NCBI GenBank assembly: GCA_002269645.1 | Contig: NIVC01002520.1 | Coordinates: 1-64,000 of the forward strand | Direction of reading: 5' to 3' | From: Macrostomum lignano | Taxonomy: Eukaryota | Length of the DNA: 64,000 nt | Shown: in pieces, positions 15,001 to 25,591 of the stretch | Position numbering within the stretch: position 1 is the stretch's first letter | How the letters are laid out: the number at the start of each line of letters is the position of its first letter | Program-made: the position numbers and the translations under genes | Notes under the pieces: model-generated | The model's database searches: none | What the model was told of the DNA's origin: nothing | The model's input: only the letters and a program-made list of their open reading frames with translations

Positions 15001-18000
15001 CCAGGTGTTGCGCCGGAACAGCGCATCAATCCATGGGGCGATTAGCAAAGGTCGGCGGAAAATACCGATGGTTTTGAGATTCGCTAGGTTGGTCTCTCCG
15101 TACAGATCGTTCATGATGGACAGCGCAGTGAGGCTTCTCGTCGGCGAGGTGCTAACAGAGAATGACAGGTCCACCTGAACATGCTCCATCACTCCGGCGA
15201 CTTTGGCCTTACTGTCCAGAGTATGCGACAGGTACATTAATTTCTCAACCACAAGAACTTTGCCGCGGAATACGCCCCAATCCAGCGGTCGCATGCCAAT
15301 GCAGTTCATAGCATGAGACATTCGATCCACCTGGTCTGACGTAAACAACTCGGCCAGAAAGAAGCGCATGTAATCCATCTCGTTGTTAAGAAGCTCCAGT
15401 GCGTCGACCGGCCAGAGGACGTCTAGTCCAAGGAAGAGGACGTGATAGCCATTAAAATCGAACTCGGCGATTTCGGCAAGGTCCAAATCTGAAGCCGAAT
15501 GCTTAATCAGCTGGCAGCAGCGCCTTGCGTTAAACATGATGGCCATCAGAAATACGTTGGTTGGGTACGGGTGAGTTCTCGGTACGACGAAGTTGCCAAA
15601 CTGAGTGCGCCGATATTCTTGGCCGCAGTGACGCATCTTGCTTGTTGTGTCCCAGCTCTTCAGGAACTTGCGCCATGCATCAACTCCCAGCCGATCAGCG
15701 AAGCCGCGCAGAGCTGTATCGTCATCTGATAGCAGACACTTGATAAGAAGCGGCCACTGCCTCTCATTTACGAAGTTACTGATGTCGTTGTGAGCGTTCT
15801 CAGGCTTGGGCGTCCAGCTGCCAGTAGCTGAAGCTGGTCCTACCTGAAAGAAGTGCTTCATTTTCAAGCAATGGTGGGCCTGATTCTGTTCAGTCAGTTC
15901 TACCGGCAGATATCCCAATAAACTTAACCTTGCCTTCTATGAGCTTTATTTGATTCCATTAGCTAGTTATTTGCTCATCAAGTTTATCCTTATTCAAACA
16001 GAGCGCTGCTACTTGCTAAGTTAACAAGATTATGAGCGAGAATTAATCCATGTAAATCTGCATATTGGTTGGTTACTTTATTTGAATTGTTAGCATTCAG
16101 CTATTCCAATGTAAAATATTGCTCCAGAGTGATCAACGACAAACGACATTTTCGCTTTGGCACACTGAACAATGAGTTTAATGCAAGAGTAAATAGACTA
16201 GACATGTTGCCATGACTTTGCCAAAATGAAGCTCATTCATTCCGCTCTTATTTTTACTGTCATTTTACTCTCAGCTCGGGACGTTTACATTTAGCAACCA
16301 CTGGCATGTGATAAAACCTTCACTATCGCTAAAAACACTGTACCACTTGTCACCAGGCGTAATTGCTTTCGTAGCCGACAAGGACCGCCTAGTCGACTAC
16401 GACTCCGATGGCGAAGAGCTGCCACCAGTCGACGACAATCCTAGCACTGAGCACCGAGTTTGGTACAGCATGGAGCTCAGCGTGGCTCCGGGAGAGCCAA
16501 TGGGCCGTCTCAACGTCACATGCCCGTGCTATCGAACCTGCGAAGTGGAATTCACCGTCAGGAATCCCCTGACCGACAAGGAGATCGAGTTGGACGCAGA
16601 AATTCGCGGCGAGTCCCTCAGCGGCGAAAAAGTGCTGCGTTTGGCGCCGGCCGAGGTGAGAGGCGTCGACACCAGGGACTACTAAATTATTCGGAATAGA
16701 ACACTTTTAGCTTGATAATAACGTAGTCATTAACTGGAGTGGCAACCAGAGAAGTTTTATTCCATGAAATGTTGACCTCACCAATTGCAGGAAGTGACCT
16801 ACCGCCTGGCCTTCTCCCCAGCCCTGGTTGAGGATACAATCGGCTCTGTAATCTTCTTTAATAGTGAGGTTGGTGAATTCTGGTACGAGCTCAACTTGCA
16901 CGCCACTCCGCCTCCGCTCACCGTGCTGGAGCCGATGGAGTGCGAGCTAGGCCAACACGTCTGCCAGGAGATGACGCTTGAGAATCCCAGCTCCGCGCCA
17001 ATCGTGCTCAGACCGCAACTGTCAAACGCCAACAATTTCGGCCTGGAAATTACCGACAGCGAGGTCCACATCCCGGCGGGCGGATCCGTCACGCTGAACC
17101 TGCGGTTCACGCCATCGGATTTGGGATTTGCCGATCACGCCTGTCGCATCACGTTTCACTCCGGTGAGTTCGCCGGTTTGTCTATCATGTTTCGAGAGAC
17201 TTGTTTGAAGTTGATGCGACAATGAAGCTAAGTCTTCGTTAAAGAGCATTAAGCTCAAGAACAAAACCGGGATTTATTTGGTGTCTATTTGGCACACTAT
17301 ACAGCCAACAATCAACTAGGCGGCCTCACGCAACCACGAATAACGTTATATATTTGACTTTTTATGTGGAAGGGGTGGAGGAGGCTAACATCGCTAAAGT
17401 GGAGGAGGGGCTCAGCATGAGTGGGCACAAAAGGGACAGGGGAGGTGAAAAAGTACAGTACGAGCCAATACATTAGATCACAACACCACATTATTAAAGA
17501 CTTACCTACCAAATTCTATTGCTTTAGCTAAGCATTTCGGATGACTCTACTCGCACTATGCATTGAGACTTGATGCAGACTCGATTTTTTTACACACAAA
17601 AGTTTATGCAATTTCCACAACTTTACTACCAATGCATACAGACAAACTCAAAGAGTGGATCTTCGAAGTCAACGGCTCAGGCCTGATGCCGTCGGCCCAG
17701 AATCCAGTCGCCATCACGGCTCCAGCCGGCAGCAATTCCACGCTGATTATTCCGTTCCACAATCCGCTGGACGTGCCCGTCATGTGCGACATCCTGCTGA
17801 CAGACAGCGGCAAGTCAACCAACGACGGCATCAAAGAGCTCGAGAACTCCCCGTTCTGCCTGCTGTTGAAGCACTGCAAGAAAATCCGTCTGGAACCCAA
17901 GGCTCGATTGGACATTCCCGTCAGCTTCGCGCCCGAGAACATGCAACAGCACGAGGCCGTTTGCGTGGTGATCATGCGCCGACGCGACGGCAAAGGCTGG

Positions 18001-21000
18001 CATTATTGCCCGGACGAGCCGAAAGCACTGCCGCGATCCGACAGCGGCGGCATCGCTGAAATTCGCTGGCGATTCCGCGTTGTCGGCGTGCCGGAGAACA
18101 AAGCGGACCGGCCAGAGGTGCCCGCGCCGCTGGTGTCGTGTCCGGCGCGCACCGTGGCCGAGGACCGGCTGGAGGTTTGGCTGGCCGGGGTGGCGCCGAC
18201 CCCGGGGGCGCCGCAGGTGAGCTGACGACTGGAAACTATAGAACTAATCGGATGCATACAACCTCCAAGTAGCCAAATTTTATCTTGAGGCAGATTTTTC
18301 ACCCTGCAAGGTTATAAATTTGAATTTTAGCAACAAAAGTATATGGAATTAGCGAAATTTTGTTCCAATGTTTACTACCGAACGGGCTACTAAAACAAGT
18401 TCGGGGCTTTTTCTGAGGAATATTGGAGACTGCATGGACAGCAAAAATTATTGTGGTTGTGCTGTTTCAACTTTCTTCAATGAATTGATTAACAATTAAA
18501 CTTCTGGGGATCCTCCTCCTCCCTTTCCTCCTCCTCCTCCTCCTCCTCCTCCTCCTCCTCCTCCTCCTCCTCCTCCTCCTCCTCCTCCTCCTCCTCCTCC
18601 TCTTCTTCTTCTTCCACCTTTTTTTCGCCTCCCGGCGTAGGTGGCACCCTGTGTTTCGGACGTTTCCTCTCTTGTCACTCGCCGCATGCTCTCTCGTGCC
18701 GTGCCATGTTGGTTGCTGACAGCCATTTCTTACAGTATCGACATTCTGCTCTCTTCCTTTTGTGGATCCTTGCTATCATTCTCGCCGCTTCGTCGTTCGT
18801 CCTCGGTCCTTCCATTGCCTGGGGCTCCTCCTCGCACTTCTTCCTGTGTCTTGCGTAGTTGGTCTTACTGATCCACTTTTTACAGTTGTTACATTCTTTT
18901 CTTGTGCCTTCCGTCCTGCCTCCCGTGCACCATTTCTCGTGATTTTTTCTTGTCGCTTCCGTTCTGAACTCGCTGTTGCATCTCTCGCATCTCATTCTTA
19001 TGCCCGTATCGGTCTTGTGCATTCTTTTTTGGTGGATGGCTAAGCCTCCTCTCGATCTGCATACTTTTCCGCAGTTCTTTTCCCAACACCTGAAACCTGT
19101 CAGTTCGTTTTCATCCGTTTGAGTGCTGTTGAGCTGGTTTTGTTCCTCCCGTCCTTCGTCGTCTCTTTCTGCACCCTTGCATCTCAGCCGTTCGATCTTC
19201 TCCCACTCGCCGTTTCTTTTCCTGATGATCTCTTTCCACTTGATCCTGTCGTTCGCGTATTGTCCTACCTTGAGTGGGTCGAGTTTTGTTTTCCGGACCA
19301 GCTTTTTCCAGTAGGTGATGATTGTAGTTCTTCTCTTCTTCGGTCTTCTTATCTCCTCTATCCTTTTATTCCATCCCATCACGCAGATCTTTGTGAGGCT
19401 GGTATCCGGTAATCTTAGGACGTGACCCATTCGTCTCCAGTGTGCTACCTCAATTTTCATCTGGATACTTTTAATTCCAAGAGATCGTCTTACGTCCCAC
19501 ATGTTCACTTGCTTTTCTTCCATTTCCCGTAGAGGTTCTTTGGTTTTACTGCTCCAGATAAAGCGGTAGCATTTGTCTATTGTTCTTTGCAGTTGATTCA
19601 CTTCGCCTTGCTTGAACGGTCTCGCCCCTGCGTTGAACGTCATCGTGCTTTCTACACATGCCTCTATCACTCTCGCCTGGGTTCGTTTACTCAATCTTGT
19701 TCTCCTGAGTCTTTTCTTGACTTTAGCCCATGCGTTTGTTGCTCTTTGCAGTCTCTGGTGGATGTCTTCTTTGCTACCAAGCCATACACCCAGCATACGG
19801 ATCTTATTACTTTCCTCTGTTCCCAAGATTGCTGTCTCTTCTTTCTCATCGTTCGTTCTCTCTTCCAACCATCCCATGACTTCCTTCACCGTCTTTGTAC
19901 CTTCCTCGATCTCCTTCTTCTCGCCTATCACTGTGGTGTCGTCTGCGAAAAGCGAGCAGGTGATCCGTGTGGTGATTGATTCTTCTGTGAACTTGTAGTT
20001 TCTCTGTGGGGGCAGGTCATTACCTGGCAGGTAAGTCCATTCGATACCTGTTTCCAGACCTTCGCTTGCTGCTTTGATTTTTCTTTCGGTCTCGGCTGCT
20101 CGCATGACCGCCTGGTGGTAGATATTGAAAAGCACTGGCGAGGTCGCACATCCTTCCCGTAGTCCTCTCTGGGGAAAGAAAGTCTGGCTGTCCTCGTCCT
20201 TTGTGTGTATTCTGTAGGCGGTGTTTTCGTGCAGGTCTTTGAGTTTATGAATCATCTTCTCTGGCATTCCGTGGTGTGCCAACAGTTTCCACAATGCTGG
20301 CTTGTTCACTCTTGGGTAGGCTTTTTTTAGGTCTAATAGCTTTATCACTTCCTCGTTGTTTTCATCGTTTTCTCCGCTCTCCTCATTCTCCGTGTTTGCT
20401 CGTGCTTCTCTCATCAGTGTTGCGTCTTCTTGGAGTCTCAGGATAATCTGCGTGGCGTCCATTGTCGATCTGTTATCTGTTATCTGTTATCTGTCGATCT
20501 GAAGCCTGCTTGATTTTCGTCCAGGCACTCGGTTTCTTCTGCCCACTTGTTAATTCGGGTTGCGATTATTCTCGCCAGTATTCTGCTTGTGATTGGAAGT
20601 AGGCATACTCCTCGGTAATTGTTCAGATTCTTTTTGTCACCCTTCTTATGCTGCAGGGGGATTATTAGACCAAGTTTCTGGCTCTCTCTCCACTTCTTTG
20701 CTGGTTCTTCCCAGAGTCTCGTAATCTCGGTGAGACAATCTTCTTTTACGGTTTCGTTTGCCGCCTTGACGTAGATTAGTCTAACTTCATCCTCTCCGGG
20801 TGCTCCATTCTTCATCTTGTTCAACTCTCTCTCGAATTCTGTCTTAGTAATGGGTTCGATCAGGGCTGTGTTTGCTATCGTTCGCACTTCTTCGGTCACT
20901 TGAGGCTTTTCAAACGCGTCAATCCTGTTCATCATGGTTGTTGGGTCATTCTCGAAGCGATCTTTCTGCACTTGCTCGAGGTGTTCTTTGAAATCGCTTG

Positions 21001-24000
21001 CACTGACCAGATCTTTCCCCCTGCTTTGGTTCTGGTTTCCCATCTCCGCTATACCCATTTCTTTGAGGTTTTCGTACATCCCTGCGATATTTCCTTTCTC
21101 ACAATTTTCTTTGCACTTTTGAGCAAGTCTGTCCCACCAGTCCTCCTCCCATTGCGTAAGTTTCTCGTTCTTCTTCTTCCTTTTCTCTCGGAGTTCTTGC
21201 TTCTTTGTCTCCAGGTTTCTTCTGTCTTCTTCGCTTCGCGTTTCTAGCCATCTGCGGTTTGCTTCGTTTCTCTCCTTCAGTGCGTCTTTGATGTCTAAGT
21301 TAAGTGTCCTTAGTTCACCTTCCTTCCCTGCCAGCCATGGGTTTGTTTGTCTTTTCTTGATTCCGCATACGGCCTCTGCTGTCTTCACTAGGTTTGCTTC
21401 CGTTGTTGTCCACCGGCTCTCTCTTGTTTTCCGGGCCGTTTTTTTTGCGAATCTTTCTCGTATTTCAGCTTCTCTGAGTCTTTCCCATTCGATCCTCTTC
21501 CTCTTTTGCTTCTTTATCGCTGTCGCCTTGTTCTTTTTGATGATCTTCTTGATTTGTTTTGTCAAGTTCGGGTGTATCCACAGGACCTTCGGTAGGTGAT
21601 CTGAGAGCTTCGGGCTGTGGTCCGTGTACACTCTTCTCACGGACTTGTGCCTCTGGTCTTTTCTTACCAGGAAACCGTCCAGTTCGTACCATCTCTTCGT
21701 TTTTCGGTGTTTCCAAGTGCCCCCTTCTTTTGCTTGAAGAAGGAGCTTGTCCATACCAGGTTCAACTCTTCCATCCACAGCATTAAATCTATTCCTTGTT
21801 CGTTGGCCGTTTGCATGTTACATTTTCCTATGCAGGTGAACGGGGTTCCAGATTTCGGGTCATTCTCGTGTTGTTGCTTCCTACTGATGCGTTGAAGTCG
21901 CCCCCGATGAAAACGGCTTTCTTTTGTCCTACCGTTGTCATGAGTCTTTCGAATTCGTTCCGTATTTCTGAGGTTGTCCTGTCGTAGCCTTCGACGCCTT
22001 TGACTGGTTGGTATACCGAGATTAGCATGCAGTCACCTAATTCAATTGCCAGGCTTCTTTCTTGTGGATGCATCTTTCTTCCTTCTTTTAACCACAGTAG
22101 CCATGCTGGTTCTGATAGTAGGATGCCTACTCTTCCGGAGTGGATTAGGTGGCTTGTTCCTTTGTTAGTTCTATACTCCCTGATTCCCACTTGGGTTTCT
22201 TGGGTTTCCGTGATTAAGGTAATTTGGCATTTACAGGCTGTTTTTACGATTTCGCCAAACCTTGTCGATCCGATGTTGGCTCGTTGTACATTCCAGGTTG
22301 CAATCTTTATCCTTGATTCTTTCCATTCCGATTCTGCTTTTTCGGTTTTCTGTTTTATTTGTTTTTGTTTCCTTTTCTTTCTTCTTAGAGTTCTCCTCTC
22401 ATTTCTTGCTCTTCTTTGATCTGCGTTCCTAGGTCCCGGGTTCTTCTCAATGGTGCACAGGTCCTTCTCAATTCTTGCCTTAACCGATCTCTCCGATTCT
22501 TTTTCTAGTTCTTCTTCCTCTTCCTCGTCCGAGTTGGCACTAGGGTGCCTCGCTTTTTTGTTGTTTATAGAGGTGTGGACCGTGGTTAGTGGGCCACCAC
22601 TCTGTTGAAGAGGGTTTCGCCCACGGACCTCAGGCGTTACTCTGAGTCCGCGGGCTCTTCCCCCCCCCTTTGGCTTCTTCTTTGCCAGCCGATTTCTCGG
22701 GCTGTCCGCTTGGCACTTGTGCGTCTGCACGAATGTGGGAAGCCGTTCGCCAAGCCCTCCTCCTCCTCCTCCTCCTCCTCCTCCTCGTCCTCGTCCTCCT
22801 CCTCCTCCCCCTCCTCCTCCTCTTCCTCCTCGTCCTCCTTCTCCTCCTCCTCCTCGTCCTCCTTCTCCTCCTCCTCCTCGTCCTCGTCCTCCTCCTCCTC
22901 CTCCTCCTCCTCCTCCTCCTCCTCCTCCTCCTCCTCCTCCTCCTCCTCCTCCTCCTTCTCCTCCTCCTCCTCCTCCTCCTCCTCCTCCTCCTCCTCCTCC
23001 TCCTCCTCCTCCTCCTCCTCCTCCTCCTCCTCCTCCTCCTCCTCCTCCTCCTCCTCCTCCTCTTTCTCCTCCTCCTCCTGAGGATGACACAGATGTTGCA
23101 TTACGAAGTAATCCTCGCTCAGTGTCTTCTAGGCCCATCCATTTATGATTGATATCAAACTGAGCTAAGCTAAGCTAAAACTCTGTTTTTATTCCTCAAA
23201 GCGACGTCAAAAAAGAGGGCGAGATCTAAGGCACAGGGAGGAAAGAGGGGAGAGTGGGAAGAGTCCTCAAACCCATTTTTTGCTTAGTTTATTCGTATTC
23301 GTACGGCCAATTGTCGCTTAATGCGATGAGTCCAACGTATTTTCGGACGGAGAATAAGCCTCTAGCCGATTCTAAGTGCATGGTAATCTTCTACTGTATA
23401 GCTCGTACTAAATAGTAGTCCTATTCAACGCTCGCATATCCTTCCTTGCAGACGCTGATCCGCGCAAGGACTCGAACTCCGGCTGGCAACCAGCCTGCCC
23501 TCCCAGCTGGTGTCGAAGAAGCCGCCGACGTGCCTGAGCCGTTCACCTTTGGCCTGGTGTCTCTGGACGACAGTTTGGCGGGATTGTTGTCGCAGAGCGT
23601 GAAGCTTGAACTGCTCCGCCAGGTGCGCGACTCTCGCACCGGCATGGTGGTGCTCACCTTCGCGCTCCGGCTGCAGCCGTACAAAACCTTCCGAGTCAAG
23701 ACGCACCTGGTAATCAAGTCTAACGCTGGCGGTTTTTGGCGCTATCCGCTCACGGTGGAGAGCACGGATCCCGAACCGGATGACGTCATCACTATTAACG
23801 CGGCTGGATTGGACAGAGCTAGTAAAGTGATGTTCCGACTGACTAGCAAGGAACTGTGAGTTCTGGGTGACCAGTATCCATATGAACAGATTCTGCGAAT
23901 CTCAATTTTTAGTTAAGATGACAATCGATAATCATGTCCATCGCTGGCCCCTGAGCTGAGCTAGCGGTCTCTATCGCACAAGTTAAGATGGCTGCGCTTG

Positions 24001-25591
24001 GATTTGAACCAGGGGAATAGAACCACATGTAAATTTTAGCGAAAAGTCAAGCTCTGCTAATCAAAATTGATTACACCTGCCCTAATTGGGCAGATGTGCA
24101 ACCGACAGCTCAACCGCAGCTATTACGCGGCGCATCTGAAGGCTGCGAACGGCTATTTAGTCCAAGGATTTCGGGGGAAGGGGGGTCGCCACACACACCC
24201 TCAATTACCCCAGCTAATGCTGGCACCAATTTTACAGAGGGGTGAACTGAAGCAATACAGAGTTAAGCGTCTTTGAATACAAACTGTTCCGACCTTCCAA
24301 TCGTGAGTCCGACGCTGTAACCCCTATTAGTTATTGAGTTATGCAAACTCTGCTGCATCTCTTCTTCTCCTGAGCTCATTAGTTAAATGGGCTTGATTGG
24401 CTATTACCTACGAAAAGTTTGTTTCATTGAAGTAAATTATTGTCCTGCTTTTCCCCATGCAGTCACCCAGTGAAGTTCCGAGCCTACTTCGAGGAGAACC
24501 ACGACTCTGGCGACTTCCACGTTGAGCCTCAGTCGGGCGAGCTGCCGCCGCACGGCACGGACGGCCTGCCGTTCACCGTCACTTTCTTGCCGTCTTATTA
24601 CGGCAAGCCGAAGCGAGTCCGTCTGGTGATTCGAGTGAGTTTTTGGCTAGTTGTTTTACGCGGAATAATATCACACTGGCCTCTCAATTAGACTGAAATA
24701 TCACGACGACGAAAAGTCGTATGAACGACACTACGTTTGGAATTTTTATTTCATGTTAGCGACCCGAACTGTGTATGAGTAATGTGAATGGGAATTTAAG
24801 TACTGGTTATTAGGACAGTAACGTAAAGGCCTAAGAAACGCGCTAACTCAAGAGACAGTGGCGCCCGCCCAGAGAGAGGGACGCCCACCAAAAGACAGGG
24901 GCGCCCACCAAGAGACAGGGGCGCCAACCAAGAGACAGGAACGCCCACCAAAAGACAGGGACGCCCACCATGAGGCAGGGGTGCTCACAAAGACACCAAG
25001 TATTGAAGCCCCTTGGGGTTGCACAACCCCCTCCTATGTACTTACAATGTAAAACTCCTCCGTACGCCACTGTAGTTTCTATACGATAGGTGTGTGACGC
25101 ATTTTGAACTTAAAATCACACATTAAAATTAAATTGTTACCAATGTGGGAATTTAGCACTGTACATATGTCTAGCGAAAGACTCCACATACAAAGGAAGG
25201 TAGAAGCTGTTTCTTACACAGCAACTATTTCGTACTTGTAAATACGCTGCTTTCTCGGTGCAACCCCGGTTGAAGAGTTGCAAGTTGCAACCTACATGTA
25301 CACCGACATTCATTATGATGATTCTATTGCCAAACTAAAGCGCTCTATCAACAATTGCAGACTGACGACATGGAATGGACATACATCATCGTTGGCGAGA
25401 TTCCGGAATACCAGCCGCCCCAGGGCCGCTCCCTGCCGCCGGTCAGCGGTCCCCACCCCAATCCGATCGTGCGCAGTGGCCGAGTGAAGAATTATATCCG
25501 TGAAAATATGCGAATGGAGCACACTGGAGTGAGCTCGCCGATTAAGCTGGCTCCGCTGATGTGCAAGAAGGAGCAGGTGCCGCTGTTCTGA
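1..25591 (+). CDS. CFAP47: Cilia- and flagella-associated protein 47 (multi-exon; 5' end lies upstream of the window)
   Basis: Exons joined by GT/AG sites with matching phases: 1-378, ~530-872, ~1010-1272 (these three are indel-ridden), 2987-4395, 4550-5999, 6608-7274, 7506-7683, 7926-9080, 9591-9874, 9970-10093, 13060-13689, 16357-16655, 16791-17163, 17642-18216, 23452-23855, 24463-24634, 25361-25591 (TGA). Product has repeated ASH/Hydin-like Ig domains, a CH domain (DLLDGLVLAAVIGAHCPYL...LMLLCVYLYQTLPQY) and CFAP47-like motifs (RIAFPNDRAASL, QRWF..YGWPGG, C-terminal MEWTYIIVGEIPEYQPP). Apparent frameshifts near 190, 3040, 3250, 3770 and 5000. Confidence 0.85.
1336..2499. repeat. 21-bp minisatellite (GAGATTCGGTTRGGTAGGTAT)n in a CFAP47 intron
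   Basis: Roughly 50-55 tandem units read directly; the RYEIRLG/MRFGWVG ORFs are by-products of the repeat. Confidence 0.95.
9222..9431. repeat. 3 x 69-bp tandem repeat (intronic)
   Basis: ATTGTGTTTTAATTTATTTGAATC... starts at 9222, 9291 and 9360. Confidence 0.95.
13987..15861 (-). CDS. Intronless TRPV-like ankyrin/6-TM cation channel nested antisense in a CFAP47 intron
   Basis: Uninterrupted ORF (643 codons from TTG 15918; first ATG 15861). Ankyrin-like segments (DFNGYHVLF; MNCIGMRPLDWGVFRGKVLVVEKL), several hydrophobic helices, a pore-like FSFAESFYQSFLLTLNVLD and an S6-like FFVLLVPTLFINFVTGLLSSVVSETM. Lies between CFAP47 exons ending 13689 and starting 16357. Confidence 0.7.
   Translation of the reverse strand: MKHFFQVGPASATGSWTPKPENAHNDISNFVNERQWPLLIKCLLSDDDTALRGFADRLGVDAWRKFLKSWDTTSKMRHCGQEYRRTQFGNFVVPRTHPYPTNVFLMAIMFNARRCCQLIKHSASDLDLAEIAEFDFNGYHVLFLGLDVLWPVDALELLNNEMDYMRFFLAELFTSDQVDRMSHAMNCIGMRPLDWGVFRGKVLVVEKLMYLSHTLDSKAKVAGVMEHVQVDLSFSVSTSPTRSLTALSIMNDLYGETNLANLKTIGIFRRPLLIAPWIDALFRRNTWLLVVYFVERILHCSLTLIFFDYEVGDYMVERCNNSNGQRLPTGFLVIVGYSLFASTWQAVISVLGERRKLKYRQSNNYPSFFRTGLNSALRWQVPYVTSAILAIVIIFLGISPEAVCKSIGADRLRSFMGCIMLFYVLASILSVLVLSRLAMVMSKFINSFYKSFSMFANFLLCYILLLSIFARLFQASGRFVWPTDSTSGNCSGGTQAGARRFSFAESFYQSFLLTLNVLDTGLFLPQPDRVDLLVTHFFFVLLVPTLFINFVTGLLSSVVSETMDNDVEAKYLLKLNFCEYAETSYFWLYQLVNRLRGRESRLVIYLCMPLHLNSKSMKVIKEVL
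18511..18613. repeat. (TCC)n tract plus (TCT)4 at the LINE 3' end
   Basis: Read directly. Confidence 0.95.
18675..22755 (-). pseudogene. LINE APE-RT-ZnF ORF, disrupted
   Basis: Pieces 21828-22755, 20480-21778 and 18675-20462. Frameshifts near 21870 and 21720, and a 20-nt tandem-duplication insertion with a stop at 20464-20500. Confidence 0.85.
22756..23079. repeat. (TCC)n tract at the LINE 5' end
   Basis: About 320 nt of imperfect TCC repeat; the poly-G/E/P/S/L ORFs here are artefacts. Confidence 0.95.
24066..24329 (-). mobile_element. tRNA-derived CORE-SINE copy (diverged)
   Basis: Reverse complement of the 34491 copy's body (CAATTACCCCAGCTAATGCTGGCACC..., CAGATGTGCAACCGACAGCTC). Confidence 0.85.
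24856..25072. mobile_element. Possible hAT-like MITE with internal 20-bp repeats
   Basis: Ends CAGTGGCG...CGCCACTG; about six 20-bp units (GCGCCCACCAARAGACAGGG) at 24861-24985; no clear TSD. Confidence 0.4.

Larger units (their letters stand above)
18511..23079 (-). mobile_element. APE-type non-LTR retrotransposon (single ORF, RTE-group-like) flanked by (GGA)n tracts, in a CFAP47 intron
   Basis: APE motifs (TWNV, ETQ, SVYQP, GGDFNA, SDH), RT motifs (NYRGVCLL, DLKKAY, GLREGCATSPVLFN, LFADD), C-terminal zinc fingers, short 3' UTR ending in (GAA)4 then (GGA)n. Clade assignment is tentative. Confidence 0.9.

Noticed and set aside
22605-23152. Poly-Gly/Glu/Pro/Ser/Leu ORFs, including the ATG at 23138 running into the LINE ORF
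   Set aside because: The (TCC)n tract has no stops in any frame, and the upstream ATG is in host intron flank.
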